Source: a candidate division WOR-3 bacterium
Lineage (GTDB): Bacteria; Hydrothermota; Tepidihabitantia; Tepidihabitantales; DTDR01
Direction of reading: 5' to 3'
Length of the DNA: 64,000 nt
Assembly: GCA_039801885.1 (NCBI GenBank)
Contig: JBDRVN010000002.1
Location: forward strand, 2,057-66,056
Shown here: piece by piece, positions 30,529 to 40,891 of the stretch
Position numbering within the stretch: the stretch's first letter is position 1
Layout: each line of letters begins with the position of its first letter
Notes under the pieces: generated by a model
The model's database searches: none
Seen by the model: the letters and a program-made list of their open reading frames with translations, nothing else
What the model was told of the DNA's origin: nothing
Made by a program: the position numbers and the translations under genes

Positions 30529-31874
30529 AACAGGAATTTAGATTAGAACAGAGATTGATTTTGACACCTCAATTACTTTTAAATTTAAAACTCTTGGCTT
30601 TACCAATTTTAGATTTAGAAATGGTGATTGAACAAGAACTCGCTATTAATCCTTGTTTGGAGATTGAAGAAGAGAAAGGGCTTGAAGAGCCTTCAGAAGA
30701 GATAAAAACGGAAAACGAAGACGAATTCTCGGTGAGTGATTTGATGCCAGAAGAAAATTATTCTATCCCTACCCCCAGGGAGACAGAAGAGTTTGATATT
30801 TTTGACATTGCTAATCCTGCTCCTGTTACTTCAATCGATGAGCTTCTTACTAAATTGAGACAAAAGATTGATAAGGAAGATTATTCTCTTGCTGAGTTTA
30901 TTTGTAACAGTTTAGATGAAAATGGATTTTTAGAATTTTCGATAGAAGAGATTGCGCAAAGTTTGGGTGTGGAAGAAGAAAGGGTAAATAAGATTATTGA
31001 GATAATGAAAAAAATTGAGCCAGGAGGAATTGGCTCCCGGACTCTTCGCGAGGCATTGCTAGCCCAATTAGAGTTAAAAGGTTTTAGTAAAGATTCAATA
31101 GAGGTAAAGATATTAGAAGAGTGTGAGGAATTGATAAAAACTAAGAACTATAAGAGAATTGCGGCGAAATTAAAAACTAATGAAGCAAGAATAAAGGAAG
31201 CCTTTAATAACCTTACTAATTTAGAGCCCAGACCGTTAAGAAAGTATGGCTCGGCAAGGGCAGATTATGTAGTTCCTGATTTTAAAATTAAGATTGAAGA
31301 AGAAAAGATTAGTTTTGAATTTAATGAAGAAAATTTACCCCGGTTAAGAATTACGAATTATTATAAAGAAATTTTATTAAACCCTAATAGTTACGAAAAA
31401 GAGCAAGTAGATTTTGTGAAAAAGAAATTTAAAAATGCGGTGATGTTTATAAAAGCGTTAGATCAGAGGAGAGAGACTTTGAAAAAAATAATGGAATATA
31501 TTATTGAAAATCAGAAAGATTTCTTTTTAGTAAGTAGAGAAATTATTAAACCTCTTTCGATTAAAGAATGTGGCGAAAGGTTGGGAATCCATCCTTCTAA
31601 CATTTCGCGGGCAATAGCCGGTAAATATATTGAGACCCCTTTTGGGATTTTTGCGCTTCGTTCTTTTTTCTCTTCGGGCATGGGAGAAATTTCCAAATCC
31701 ACCATCAAAGCAAAAATAAAAAGTTTAATTGATAATGAAGATAAAAATAATCCGTTAACTGATGAAGAAATTGTTGATAAGCTTAAAGAAATGGGGATAA
31801 ATATTAAAAGAAGGACGGTTGCTAAATATCGCCAAGAGTTAAACATTCCTAAAACCAGTGAAAGAAAAAAATAA
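30525..31874 (+). CDS. rpoN: RNA polymerase sigma-54 factor RpoN
   Basis: It has the sigma-54 core-binding and DNA-binding regions, an HTH and the RpoN box ARRTVAKYR. Confidence 0.9.
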   Translation: MKQEFRLEQRLILTPQLLLNLKLLALPILDLEMVIEQELAINPCLEIEEEKGLEEPSEEIKTENEDEFSVSDLMPEENYSIPTPRETEEFDIFDIANPAPVTSIDELLTKLRQKIDKEDYSLAEFICNSLDENGFLEFSIEEIAQSLGVEEERVNKIIEIMKKIEPGGIGSRTLREALLAQLELKGFSKDSIEVKILEECEELIKTKNYKRIAAKLKTNEARIKEAFNNLTNLEPRPLRKYGSARADYVVPDFKIKIEEEKISFEFNEENLPRLRITNYYKEILLNPNSYEKEQVDFVKKKFKNAVMFIKALDQRRETLKKIMEYIIENQKDFFLVSREIIKPLSIKECGERLGIHPSNISRAIAGKYIETPFGIFALRSFFSSGMGEISKSTIKAKIKSLIDNEDKNNPLTDEEIVDKLKEMGINIKRRTVAKYRQELNIPKTSERKK

Positions 31875-31877
31875 ATA

Positions 31878-33749
31878 ATGGTTATTGGTACTGCTGGACA
31901 TATCGATCATGGTAAATCTGCTTTAGTAAAAGCCCTTACCGGTTACGACCCCGACCGATTGAAAGAGGAGAAAGAAAGAGGAATGACTACTGATTTGGGT
32001 TTTGCTTTTTATGGTGATAAAGCTACAATAATTGATGTTCCTGGTCACGAAAAATTCATTCGCCATATGGTTGCTGGTGCTTACACAATAGATTTAATAA
32101 TCTTGGTAATTGCTGCTGATGAAGGGATAAAACCGCAGACAATTGAACACCTTAATATTGCTAAATTATTAGGAATTGATGAAGGTATTGTTGTTTTAAC
32201 TAAAAAAGATTTGGTTGATGAAGAAACAATAAAGAATTTAACAAGAGAGATTAGAGAATTTTTAAATGGGGAGGATTATCTAAAAACTGCTCCTATTGTT
32301 TCTTTTTCGGCGATTACTAAAGAAGGATTAGAAGATTTAAAAAGATTGATTGATGAAAAAATTGAAAAAGTTAAATTACGAAAAAAAGAAAGAGGAATAT
32401 TTTTTATGCCGATCGACCGAATATTTACAATTAAAGGATTCGGAACAATTGTTGCTGGTACAATTCTTTCCGGCAAGGCAAAGGTGGGCGATAATTTAGA
32501 ACTTCTTCCTCACAAAATAATAGTAAAGATTCGCGGTATTGAAAGGCACAAAAAACAAGTTTCCGAAGCGAAAATTGGCGAACGGGCAGCATTAAATCTT
32601 TTAGGAATTGAAAAAGAGATAATTGAGAGGGGTAATGTTTTGGCAACCCCCAATATTTTTGAGCCGACATTAAGATTAATTGGTTATCTTAAAATTTTAA
32701 AAAACTCACCAATTTCTTTAAAGAAAAGAGGTGTAATGAAATTTCATATCGGCACAAAAGAGACAATGGCAAAAATTTATCTTTTAGAAAAAGAAGAGAT
32801 GAATCCAAAAGAAGAAGGATTAGCAATTTTTCATTTAGAAGAACCGGTAGTTTGTAGTCCTTATGATCCGTTTATTATAAGAAATTTTAGTTTAAATATT
32901 ACTGTTGGCGGTGGTTTTGTTTTGTTTCCGGAAATACCTTTTGAAAAAATTGATAAAAAATATATAGAAATTTTTAAAAAAATATCTTCAGAAAATGATA
33001 AAAATAAAATTTTTGGGTTTGTTCAATTGAAAAATTTTAACGGTATTGGAATAGAGACTTTGCAGTTATTCACTGGAATTAACCAAGAAAAAATATTAAT
33101 TATTCTTGAAGAGTTAATAAAAGAAAATAAAATAATTAAAATCAAAGAAAATTATTATTCTCAAGAAGAATATAACAATTTAAAAAATAAATTATTAAAA
33201 ATTTTAGAAGAATATCATACAAATTTTCCTTATAAGAAAGGGATTAAAGAAGAAGAATTAAAAAATCGGTTAAATTATCTAAATAAAGATTTATTTGAAA
33301 AAATTATAAATGATTTGATTAGAGAAAAGAAAATAAAAAAAGACAAAGTTTTTCTAAGTCTCTTTGATTATCAGATAAAATTAAATGAAAAAGAAGAAAG
33401 TTATTTAAAAATAATTGAAGAAGAATTTTTAAAAAGAATTTTTTCGCCGCCGGATTTTGAGGAGATAAAAAATCTGTTAAAGATTGAAGAAAGGGAGTTA
33501 AAAAAACTACTCACAATTTTGTTAGAAAATGAAATTCTTTTTAAAGCAGATGAAATTTATTTTCATTATAAAAGTATTGAAAAGGCTTCTCAATTATTAA
33601 AAAACAATTTTCTTAAAAAACCGATTACCGTAAGTGAATTCCGGCAACTTCTGAATACAACAAGAAAATATGCTTTGCCTTTACTTCATTATTTTGATAA
33701 TAAAGGAATTACCGAAAGAAAAGGGGAGTTTCGTTATTTAAAATTGTGA
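31878..33749 (+). CDS. selB: Selenocysteine-specific translation elongation factor SelB
   Basis: 623 aa. The N-terminus MVIGTAGHIDHGKSAL and the DVPGHEKF and TKKD GTPase motifs are present. The long C-terminal winged-helix extension is typical of SelB. It starts 4 nt after the rpoN stop. Confidence 0.85.
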   Translation: MVIGTAGHIDHGKSALVKALTGYDPDRLKEEKERGMTTDLGFAFYGDKATIIDVPGHEKFIRHMVAGAYTIDLIILVIAADEGIKPQTIEHLNIAKLLGIDEGIVVLTKKDLVDEETIKNLTREIREFLNGEDYLKTAPIVSFSAITKEGLEDLKRLIDEKIEKVKLRKKERGIFFMPIDRIFTIKGFGTIVAGTILSGKAKVGDNLELLPHKIIVKIRGIERHKKQVSEAKIGERAALNLLGIEKEIIERGNVLATPNIFEPTLRLIGYLKILKNSPISLKKRGVMKFHIGTKETMAKIYLLEKEEMNPKEEGLAIFHLEEPVVCSPYDPFIIRNFSLNITVGGGFVLFPEIPFEKIDKKYIEIFKKISSENDKNKIFGFVQLKNFNGIGIETLQLFTGINQEKILIILEELIKENKIIKIKENYYSQEEYNNLKNKLLKILEEYHTNFPYKKGIKEEELKNRLNYLNKDLFEKIINDLIREKKIKKDKVFLSLFDYQIKLNEKEESYLKIIEEEFLKRIFSPPDFEEIKNLLKIEERELKKLLTILLENEILFKADEIYFHYKSIEKASQLLKNNFLKKPITVSEFRQLLNTTRKYALPLLHYFDNKGITERKGEFRYLKL

Positions 33750-34021
33750 AAAAAAGAGTTCATATTTTTGTCAGTGGTAAAGTTCAAGGAGTTTTTTATC
33801 GGGATTTTACCAGGAGACAAGCCAAGAGACTTAATATTACTGGTTGGGTAAGAAATCTTTTAAACGGAAAAGTAGAAGTTGTAGCTGAAGGAGAAGAAGA
33901 AGATATTAAGAAATTCATTGAAGAATTAAAAAAAGGACCGCCAGCCGCCCGCGTAGAAAATTTGGGAATCAAAGAAGAAGAACCTGCTTCGGAATTTGAT
34001 GATTTTGAGATAATTTATTAA
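33746..34021 (+). CDS. acyP: Acylphosphatase
   Basis: 91 aa with VHIFVSGKVQGVFYR and GWVRN motifs. Confidence 0.85.
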   Translation: MKKRVHIFVSGKVQGVFYRDFTRRQAKRLNITGWVRNLLNGKVEVVAEGEEEDIKKFIEELKKGPPAARVENLGIKEEEPASEFDDFEIIY

Positions 34022-34032
34022 ATCTAAGATAT

Positions 34033-34061
34033 TTGACTTTTTAATAAACTCCGTCTATAAT
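34033..34061 (+). promoter_or_regulatory. Sigma70-type promoter (ttgact-17-tataat)
   Basis: ttgact is at 34033-38 and tataat at 34056-61. The 17-mer tttgactttttaataaa recurs at 34435. Confidence 0.5.
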
Positions 34062-34409
34062 TTGGGTATGAAAGAAAAAAAGAGTTTAGAATATATTTTT
34101 AGCGGTTTAATTCTGATCGTTATTGGTCTAACATTTTCATTAAGGTATTCAGGAATAATTTCTTGGAATGATTGGTGGGCTTATTTGCTTTTAGGATTAG
34201 GAATAGTATTTTTTATTGATGCCTTATTGCGAGGGTTGATTCTTAAAAAAGGAATTGCTGGCAGAATTATAGCAGGCGCTGTCTTGTTTATTATTGGCGC
34301 AGGGAAAATTATTTCCTTAAAAGATTGGTTTTCCTATTTTCTTTTAATTTTTGGTTTAATATTAGTAATTCTTGGCATAGTTCACCTATTAAAAAAAGAA
34401 AATAAATGA
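34062..34409 (+). CDS. Small membrane protein (4 TM)
   Basis: 115 aa and hydrophobic. The likely start is the ATG at 34068, only about 7 nt after the -10, so the mRNA may be leaderless. Confidence 0.5.
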   Translation: MGMKEKKSLEYIFSGLILIVIGLTFSLRYSGIISWNDWWAYLLLGLGIVFFIDALLRGLILKKGIAGRIIAGAVLFIIGAGKIISLKDWFSYFLLIFGLILVILGIVHLLKKENK

Positions 34410-34435
34410 ACATATTAAATTCGATAATGATAAAA

Positions 34436-34543
34436 TTTGACTTTTTAATAAATTTTATTAATATTAAAATAAGTAAAAGCAAGGATCTTTAAAATTTTGG
34501 TAAAAAATTTTCGCTTGACATTTCAGAAAATTTTTGCTATATT
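34436..34543 (+). promoter_or_regulatory. Tandem rRNA promoters P1 (ttgact...aatatt) and P2 (ttgaca-17-tatatt) plus conserved leader
   Basis: P1 is at 34436-34464 and P2 at 34515-34543. The leader element ttgctctttgaaaatttgg at 34559-34577 is repeated upstream of the 23S gene. Confidence 0.6.
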
Positions 34544-34621
34544 ATATATAAGATAAAATTGCTCTTTGAAAATTTGGGAAGTGTGCCTTGAATGAAAAAT
34601 AGTCCCTTATAATTTTTCGCA

Positions 34622-36183
<1,562 letters not shown>

Positions 36184-36335
36184 TTACGAGTTATCTTTCA
36201 TTCAAGGCACGCTTCTTTTTTTATTTTTTATAAATATTTTTTTCTTTTTATCTCAAAATTAAACCCCACCTTTTAAAAGTCTTTTAAAAAATTATTTTTA
36301 TAAATTGACTTCTTTGGAAATATCTTTTAAAATTA

Positions 36336-37316
36336 TTGATTATGGAAAAAATTTTTGAAAGGGAAGTTTCTTATAAAATGAAAGGATTAAGATTGGATAA
36401 ATATTTAATTTTGTCAGGAATAGGACTTTCTCGTTCACAGGTAAGTAAATTAATAAAAGAAGGCAAAGCGTTGGTTAATGAAATGAAAGTAAAACCAAGT
36501 TATCAGGTTCAACCTAATGATAAAATTAAAGTTTTTTATGAAGTTAAAGAGGAATTAAAAATAGAGCCAGAAAATATTCCTTTAATGATTATTTATGAGG
36601 ATGACGAGATTATTGTGATTGATAAGCCACCAGAAATTATTGTTCATCCAGCCCGGGGACATAATTCAGGAACTTTAGTAAATGCTCTTTTGTATCATTG
36701 TCGAAAATTACCGGAGAGTAAAAGTTCAAAAATTCGGCCAGGAGTTATTCACCGGTTGGATAAAGATACCACCGGACTTTTAGTTTTTGCTAAAACGGAT
36801 ACGGCTCTTTCTTTTTTGGGTAAAGAATTAGAGAAAAGAAATTTTAATAGAGAATATTATGCTTTGGTTTGGGGGAAAATGCCTTTTAAAAACGGAGTAA
36901 TTGAGGCACCAATTGGTCGAGACACAATTGATCGGAAAAAGATGGCTGTTACTCCTATTAATTCCAAGAAAGCAATCACCCGTTTCTCAGTAGTTAAAGA
37001 ATATTCTTTAGTTTCCTTATTAAAATTGAAACTTTTAACCGGTAGGACCCATCAGATTCGTGTTCATTTAGACCATTATGGCCATCCTGTGGTTGGTGAC
37101 CCTGATTACGGAAAAAATTACTATCAAAGGTTTATTGAAGATGAAAAAGATTATCAATTAGCAAAAGATATAATGAAAAGAGCAAAAAGACAGATGCTTC
37201 ATGCTTATTTATTAGGTTTTACTCATCCAAAAACAAGAAAATACATTGAATTTATTTCTGATTTGCCACAGGATTTTAAAGAATTACTTTTGTTTTTAGA
37301 AGATTATGAAAGTTAA
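36336..37316 (+). CDS. RluA-family 23S rRNA pseudouridine synthase (RluD-like, with S4 domain)
   Basis: It has the catalytic-Asp motif HRLDKDTTGLLVFAKT and an N-terminal S4-like RLDKYL. Confidence 0.85.
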   Translation: MIMEKIFEREVSYKMKGLRLDKYLILSGIGLSRSQVSKLIKEGKALVNEMKVKPSYQVQPNDKIKVFYEVKEELKIEPENIPLMIIYEDDEIIVIDKPPEIIVHPARGHNSGTLVNALLYHCRKLPESKSSKIRPGVIHRLDKDTTGLLVFAKTDTALSFLGKELEKRNFNREYYALVWGKMPFKNGVIEAPIGRDTIDRKKMAVTPINSKKAITRFSVVKEYSLVSLLKLKLLTGRTHQIRVHLDHYGHPVVGDPDYGKNYYQRFIEDEKDYQLAKDIMKRAKRQMLHAYLLGFTHPKTRKYIEFISDLPQDFKELLLFLEDYES

Positions 37317-39288
37317 AGATTTAATAATTGTTGAATCACCAACAAAGGCAGAAACAATCAAAAGAATTTTGAAAGGTGAGTATCAAGTTATTGCTTCCAA
37401 AGGACATATTAAAGACCTGCCCAAGAGCAAATTGGGAATTGATCTAACCAATTCTTTTGAACCAAATTTTATTTTGATAAAAGGGAAAGGTAAAATAGTT
37501 GAAGAACTTAAAAAATCAGCCAAAAAGGCTAAAAGGATTTATTTAGGTTGTGATCCGGATCGGGAAGGCGAGGCGATTGCTTATCATATCTTTTCGATAA
37601 TTAATAAAGAAAATAACAAAGATGTTAAGCGAATTCTTATTTATGAGATAACAAAAAATGGAATTGAGAAGGCTTTAGCTAATCCCCAAGAAATTGATAT
37701 GAATAAAGTATCTTCTCATAAGGCAAGAAGAGTTTTGGATCGGTTAGTGGGTTATTTAGTAAGTCCTTTACTTTGGAAAATTTTTGGGCAAAAAAATCTT
37801 TCGGCTGGTCGGGTTCAGACAGTGGCTTTAAGAATCCTTTGTGAAAGAGAAAAAGAGATTGAAGAGTTTGTTCCTCAAGAATATTGGTTAATCTTTGGTA
37901 ATTTTGAAAATAAAGATAAAAAATTAATAAAGGGTTTATTAAAAAAGATAGCCGACAAGGAAATTGAAATAAAAAATGAAAAAGAAGCTGAAGAAATAAT
38001 TAAGGAAATAGAAAAGATTAACCAATTTATTGTTAAGAAAAGAATAGAAAAAATAAGACATTATGAGCCACCGCCACCTTTTATTACCGCCACTTTACAG
38101 CAAGAGGCAGCAAAGATATTAGGTTTTTCTTCTAAAAGGACAATGGTAATTGCCCAAAGATTGTTTGAAGGTGTTAAATTAAAAGACGAGATGGTCGGTC
38201 TTATTACCTATCCTCGAACCGATTCTTTTCGAATTAATGATGACTTTTTAAATAAAATCAGAAATTATATAAAAGAAAATTATGGTGAGGAATATTTAAA
38301 TAAAGAAGTAAGAAAGTTTAAAGAAAAGAAATTTACCCAAGGTGCTCACGAGGCAATCCGACCAACCGATTTAAATAAAAATCCGGAAAAAATAAAAAAA
38401 TATTTGACCAAGGATGAATATGAGTTATATAAATTAATTTATCTTCGCACTCTGGCAACCCAGATATCTCCGGCAGTTTATCGGGACATAAAAATTGAAA
38501 TCCAAGGAGAAAAAGATAAGGTTTATTCTTTTGTAAGTGAGGGACTTTTAAGAGTTTTTGATGGTTATGAAAAGATATATTATGAAGAGAGAAAGGAAAA
38601 GCCAATTATTGAAGTAAAAGAAGGCGAGATTTTAGATTTGAAAGAACTTATTAAGGAACAGCATTTTACCCAACCGCCACCTCGTTATACTGAAGCCAGT
38701 CTTATAAAAAAATTAGAAAAACACGGAATTGGTCGACCTTCTACTTATGCGGTAATTGTTAGCACTCTTTTTGAGAGAAAATATGTGAAAAAAGAAAACA
38801 AAACTCTCTATCCCACAGAATTGGGGAAATTGGTAAATGAAATTTTAATTCCTCGTTTTCCGGATATATTTGATATTAATTTTACTAAATTAATGGAAGA
38901 AGATTTAGATAAAATTGAAGAAGGAAAAGAAGAGTGGGTAAGGGTGATTAAAAAATTTTATGAGCCTTTTACCAATGATTTAACAAATTTTGAAAAGGAT
39001 ATTGAGAGCTTAAAGAAAGAGATTTTAAAAGAGATTGATGAGACCTGTCCCCAATGTGGTAAAAAATTACAGATTCGTTACGGAAGATTTGGAAAATTTA
39101 TTGCCTGCCTTGACTATCCTAAATGTTCTTATGTAAAAAAGGAATTAAATTATTTGGATGAAATTTGTCCCCTTTGTGGTAAAAAATTGGTTTATCGAAA
39201 ATCCCGTTTTGGAGTTTTTGTTGCCTGCTCCGGATTTCCGGAATGTAATTATATTAAAAAAGAGAATGGCGCTAATAATAATTCTTAA
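37306..39288 (+). CDS. topA: DNA topoisomerase I
   Basis: It has the Toprim N-terminus (LIIVESPTKAETI), the catalytic region, and two C-terminal CxxC...CxxC zinc ribbons. Confidence 0.9.
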   Translation: MKVKDLIIVESPTKAETIKRILKGEYQVIASKGHIKDLPKSKLGIDLTNSFEPNFILIKGKGKIVEELKKSAKKAKRIYLGCDPDREGEAIAYHIFSIINKENNKDVKRILIYEITKNGIEKALANPQEIDMNKVSSHKARRVLDRLVGYLVSPLLWKIFGQKNLSAGRVQTVALRILCEREKEIEEFVPQEYWLIFGNFENKDKKLIKGLLKKIADKEIEIKNEKEAEEIIKEIEKINQFIVKKRIEKIRHYEPPPPFITATLQQEAAKILGFSSKRTMVIAQRLFEGVKLKDEMVGLITYPRTDSFRINDDFLNKIRNYIKENYGEEYLNKEVRKFKEKKFTQGAHEAIRPTDLNKNPEKIKKYLTKDEYELYKLIYLRTLATQISPAVYRDIKIEIQGEKDKVYSFVSEGLLRVFDGYEKIYYEERKEKPIIEVKEGEILDLKELIKEQHFTQPPPRYTEASLIKKLEKHGIGRPSTYAVIVSTLFERKYVKKENKTLYPTELGKLVNEILIPRFPDIFDINFTKLMEEDLDKIEEGKEEWVRVIKKFYEPFTNDLTNFEKDIESLKKEILKEIDETCPQCGKKLQIRYGRFGKFIACLDYPKCSYVKKELNYLDEICPLCGKKLVYRKSRFGVFVACSGFPECNYIKKENGANNNS

Positions 39289-40891
39289 TCTCTTTTTCTT
39301 ACCAATTGAAAAAATAGTTTTTTACGGCAATAAGAGTTTTAAAAGTAAAAGACTATCGGAAATTCTACCTTATAAAATAAAAAATGAATACGAAAAAGAA
39401 ATAGTTATTGAAGGAGAAGAAAGATTAAAAAGATTTTATTATTCCAAGGGATTTATTTTTGCCCAAATTGAAACAAAAATTGATAGCACCAAAAAAGGAA
39501 TAATTGTTAAATATCTTATTCAAGAAGGAGAACGACCAAAGATTGGCGAGATAAATTTTTCAGGCGTTGAAAAAATAGAGATAATAAATTTATTTCCTTT
39601 TCCTAAATATTATGAGCCAGAGAAAATTGAAGAGTTAAAAATTAAATTATTAAAATACTTTAAGGAAAAGGGATATTATTATGCCACAGTTGATTATGAT
39701 ACTTTATTAAGGGATAAAGAGTTAATTCTTAATTTTAATATAAATAAAAAAGAAGTTTGTTATTTTAAAAATATTGAACTTAAAGGAATAAATAATATCC
39801 GACCAAAAACTATTTTTCGTCTCTTAGAAGTAAAAAAAGGAGATAGATTTTCCGAAAGAAAGATTGAGAAATCTTTAACCAATCTTTATCAGAGCAATCT
39901 TTTTAGTAAAATCTATTATCTTTTAATTCCGGATAGTATCTATCAAGAAAGTTTAAATTTGGTATTTTATTTCTCCACTCAAAAGACAAGAAGTCTTGGT
40001 TTAGGTTTTGGTTATGGTTTTCCACCTTCTCGGCTACTTTTTTCATTGGAGAGCGGTTATTTCAATTTTCTTAATCGGGGTCAGGAGTTAAAACTTATTC
40101 AAGAGTTTAGTCCAACAATAAATTTTAAAGAGAGTGAATTAAATCTCCGTTTATCTTATTTAGTTCCCTTTTTTGGTATGAGAAAGATAAATTTCTTTTT
40201 CTATCCCTTTTTAATCTACGAAAAAAAGGAAAAAGAGAAGAAGTTGGCAATTGGTGAAGAAATCGGCTTTTATTATGATTTAAGTAAAAATTGGCAGATA
40301 AGTATTTATAACCGAATGAAAAAAAGTTATTTCTTAGAAGAAGGTAAGATAACCAATTCTTTTATTATAAAAAATATCTTTGATACTCGCGATGATTATT
40401 TTTCACCCGAAAAAGGTATCTACTTCTCACCGGTAATAGAAATAGCCGGTGGTTTGTTAAAAGGTGACAATGATTTTGCTCGGCTTTATGGCGAATTTCG
40501 CAGTTTTTTAAAACTATTTTCTTTTGTTATCTTTGCTCAAAGAAGTTTTTTAGGGAAAATAATTCCTTACGGAAGAACTTACGAAGTTCCTCTTTATGAA
40601 AAATTTCTCTTTGGCGGTCGCTATTCTTTGCGCGGTTATTTGGATAAAGAGTTTTCTTTAGATGAGATTTTTTATCAAAATTTAGAACTACGTTTCAAAG
40701 TGACAAAAATCTTTGGTTTTCTCTTATTTTTTGATTGGGGAATAGTTGATAAGAATATCAAGAAAAGTTGCGGTTTAGGGATAAGAATTGCAACACCGAT
40801 CGGTCCTTTGCGGATAGATTACGGAAATAAAACTGAAGAAATTTTTAAAAGTTTTGGTAAAATCTATTTGGGTTTAGGTAATGTTTTTTAA
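39266..40891 (+). CDS. BamA/TamA-family outer-membrane protein (Omp85 superfamily)
   Basis: It has POTRA-like N-terminal segments and a C-terminal beta-barrel ending in an aromatic residue. The start is set at the internal ATG (MALIIILN), because the upstream part of the ORF overlaps topA. Confidence 0.65.
   Translation: MALIIILNLFFLPIEKIVFYGNKSFKSKRLSEILPYKIKNEYEKEIVIEGEERLKRFYYSKGFIFAQIETKIDSTKKGIIVKYLIQEGERPKIGEINFSGVEKIEIINLFPFPKYYEPEKIEELKIKLLKYFKEKGYYYATVDYDTLLRDKELILNFNINKKEVCYFKNIELKGINNIRPKTIFRLLEVKKGDRFSERKIEKSLTNLYQSNLFSKIYYLLIPDSIYQESLNLVFYFSTQKTRSLGLGFGYGFPPSRLLFSLESGYFNFLNRGQELKLIQEFSPTINFKESELNLRLSYLVPFFGMRKINFFFYPFLIYEKKEKEKKLAIGEEIGFYYDLSKNWQISIYNRMKKSYFLEEGKITNSFIIKNIFDTRDDYFSPEKGIYFSPVIEIAGGLLKGDNDFARLYGEFRSFLKLFSFVIFAQRSFLGKIIPYGRTYEVPLYEKFLFGGRYSLRGYLDKEFSLDEIFYQNLELRFKVTKIFGFLLFFDWGIVDKNIKKSCGLGIRIATPIGPLRIDYGNKTEEIFKSFGKIYLGLGNVF

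Noticed and set aside
36184-36335. 16S-23S internal transcribed spacer with tRNA-Ile and tRNA-Ala
   Set aside because: The sequence after 16S is an AT-rich spacer of about 150 nt leading directly into rluD. No tRNA cloverleaf and no 23S gene are present.
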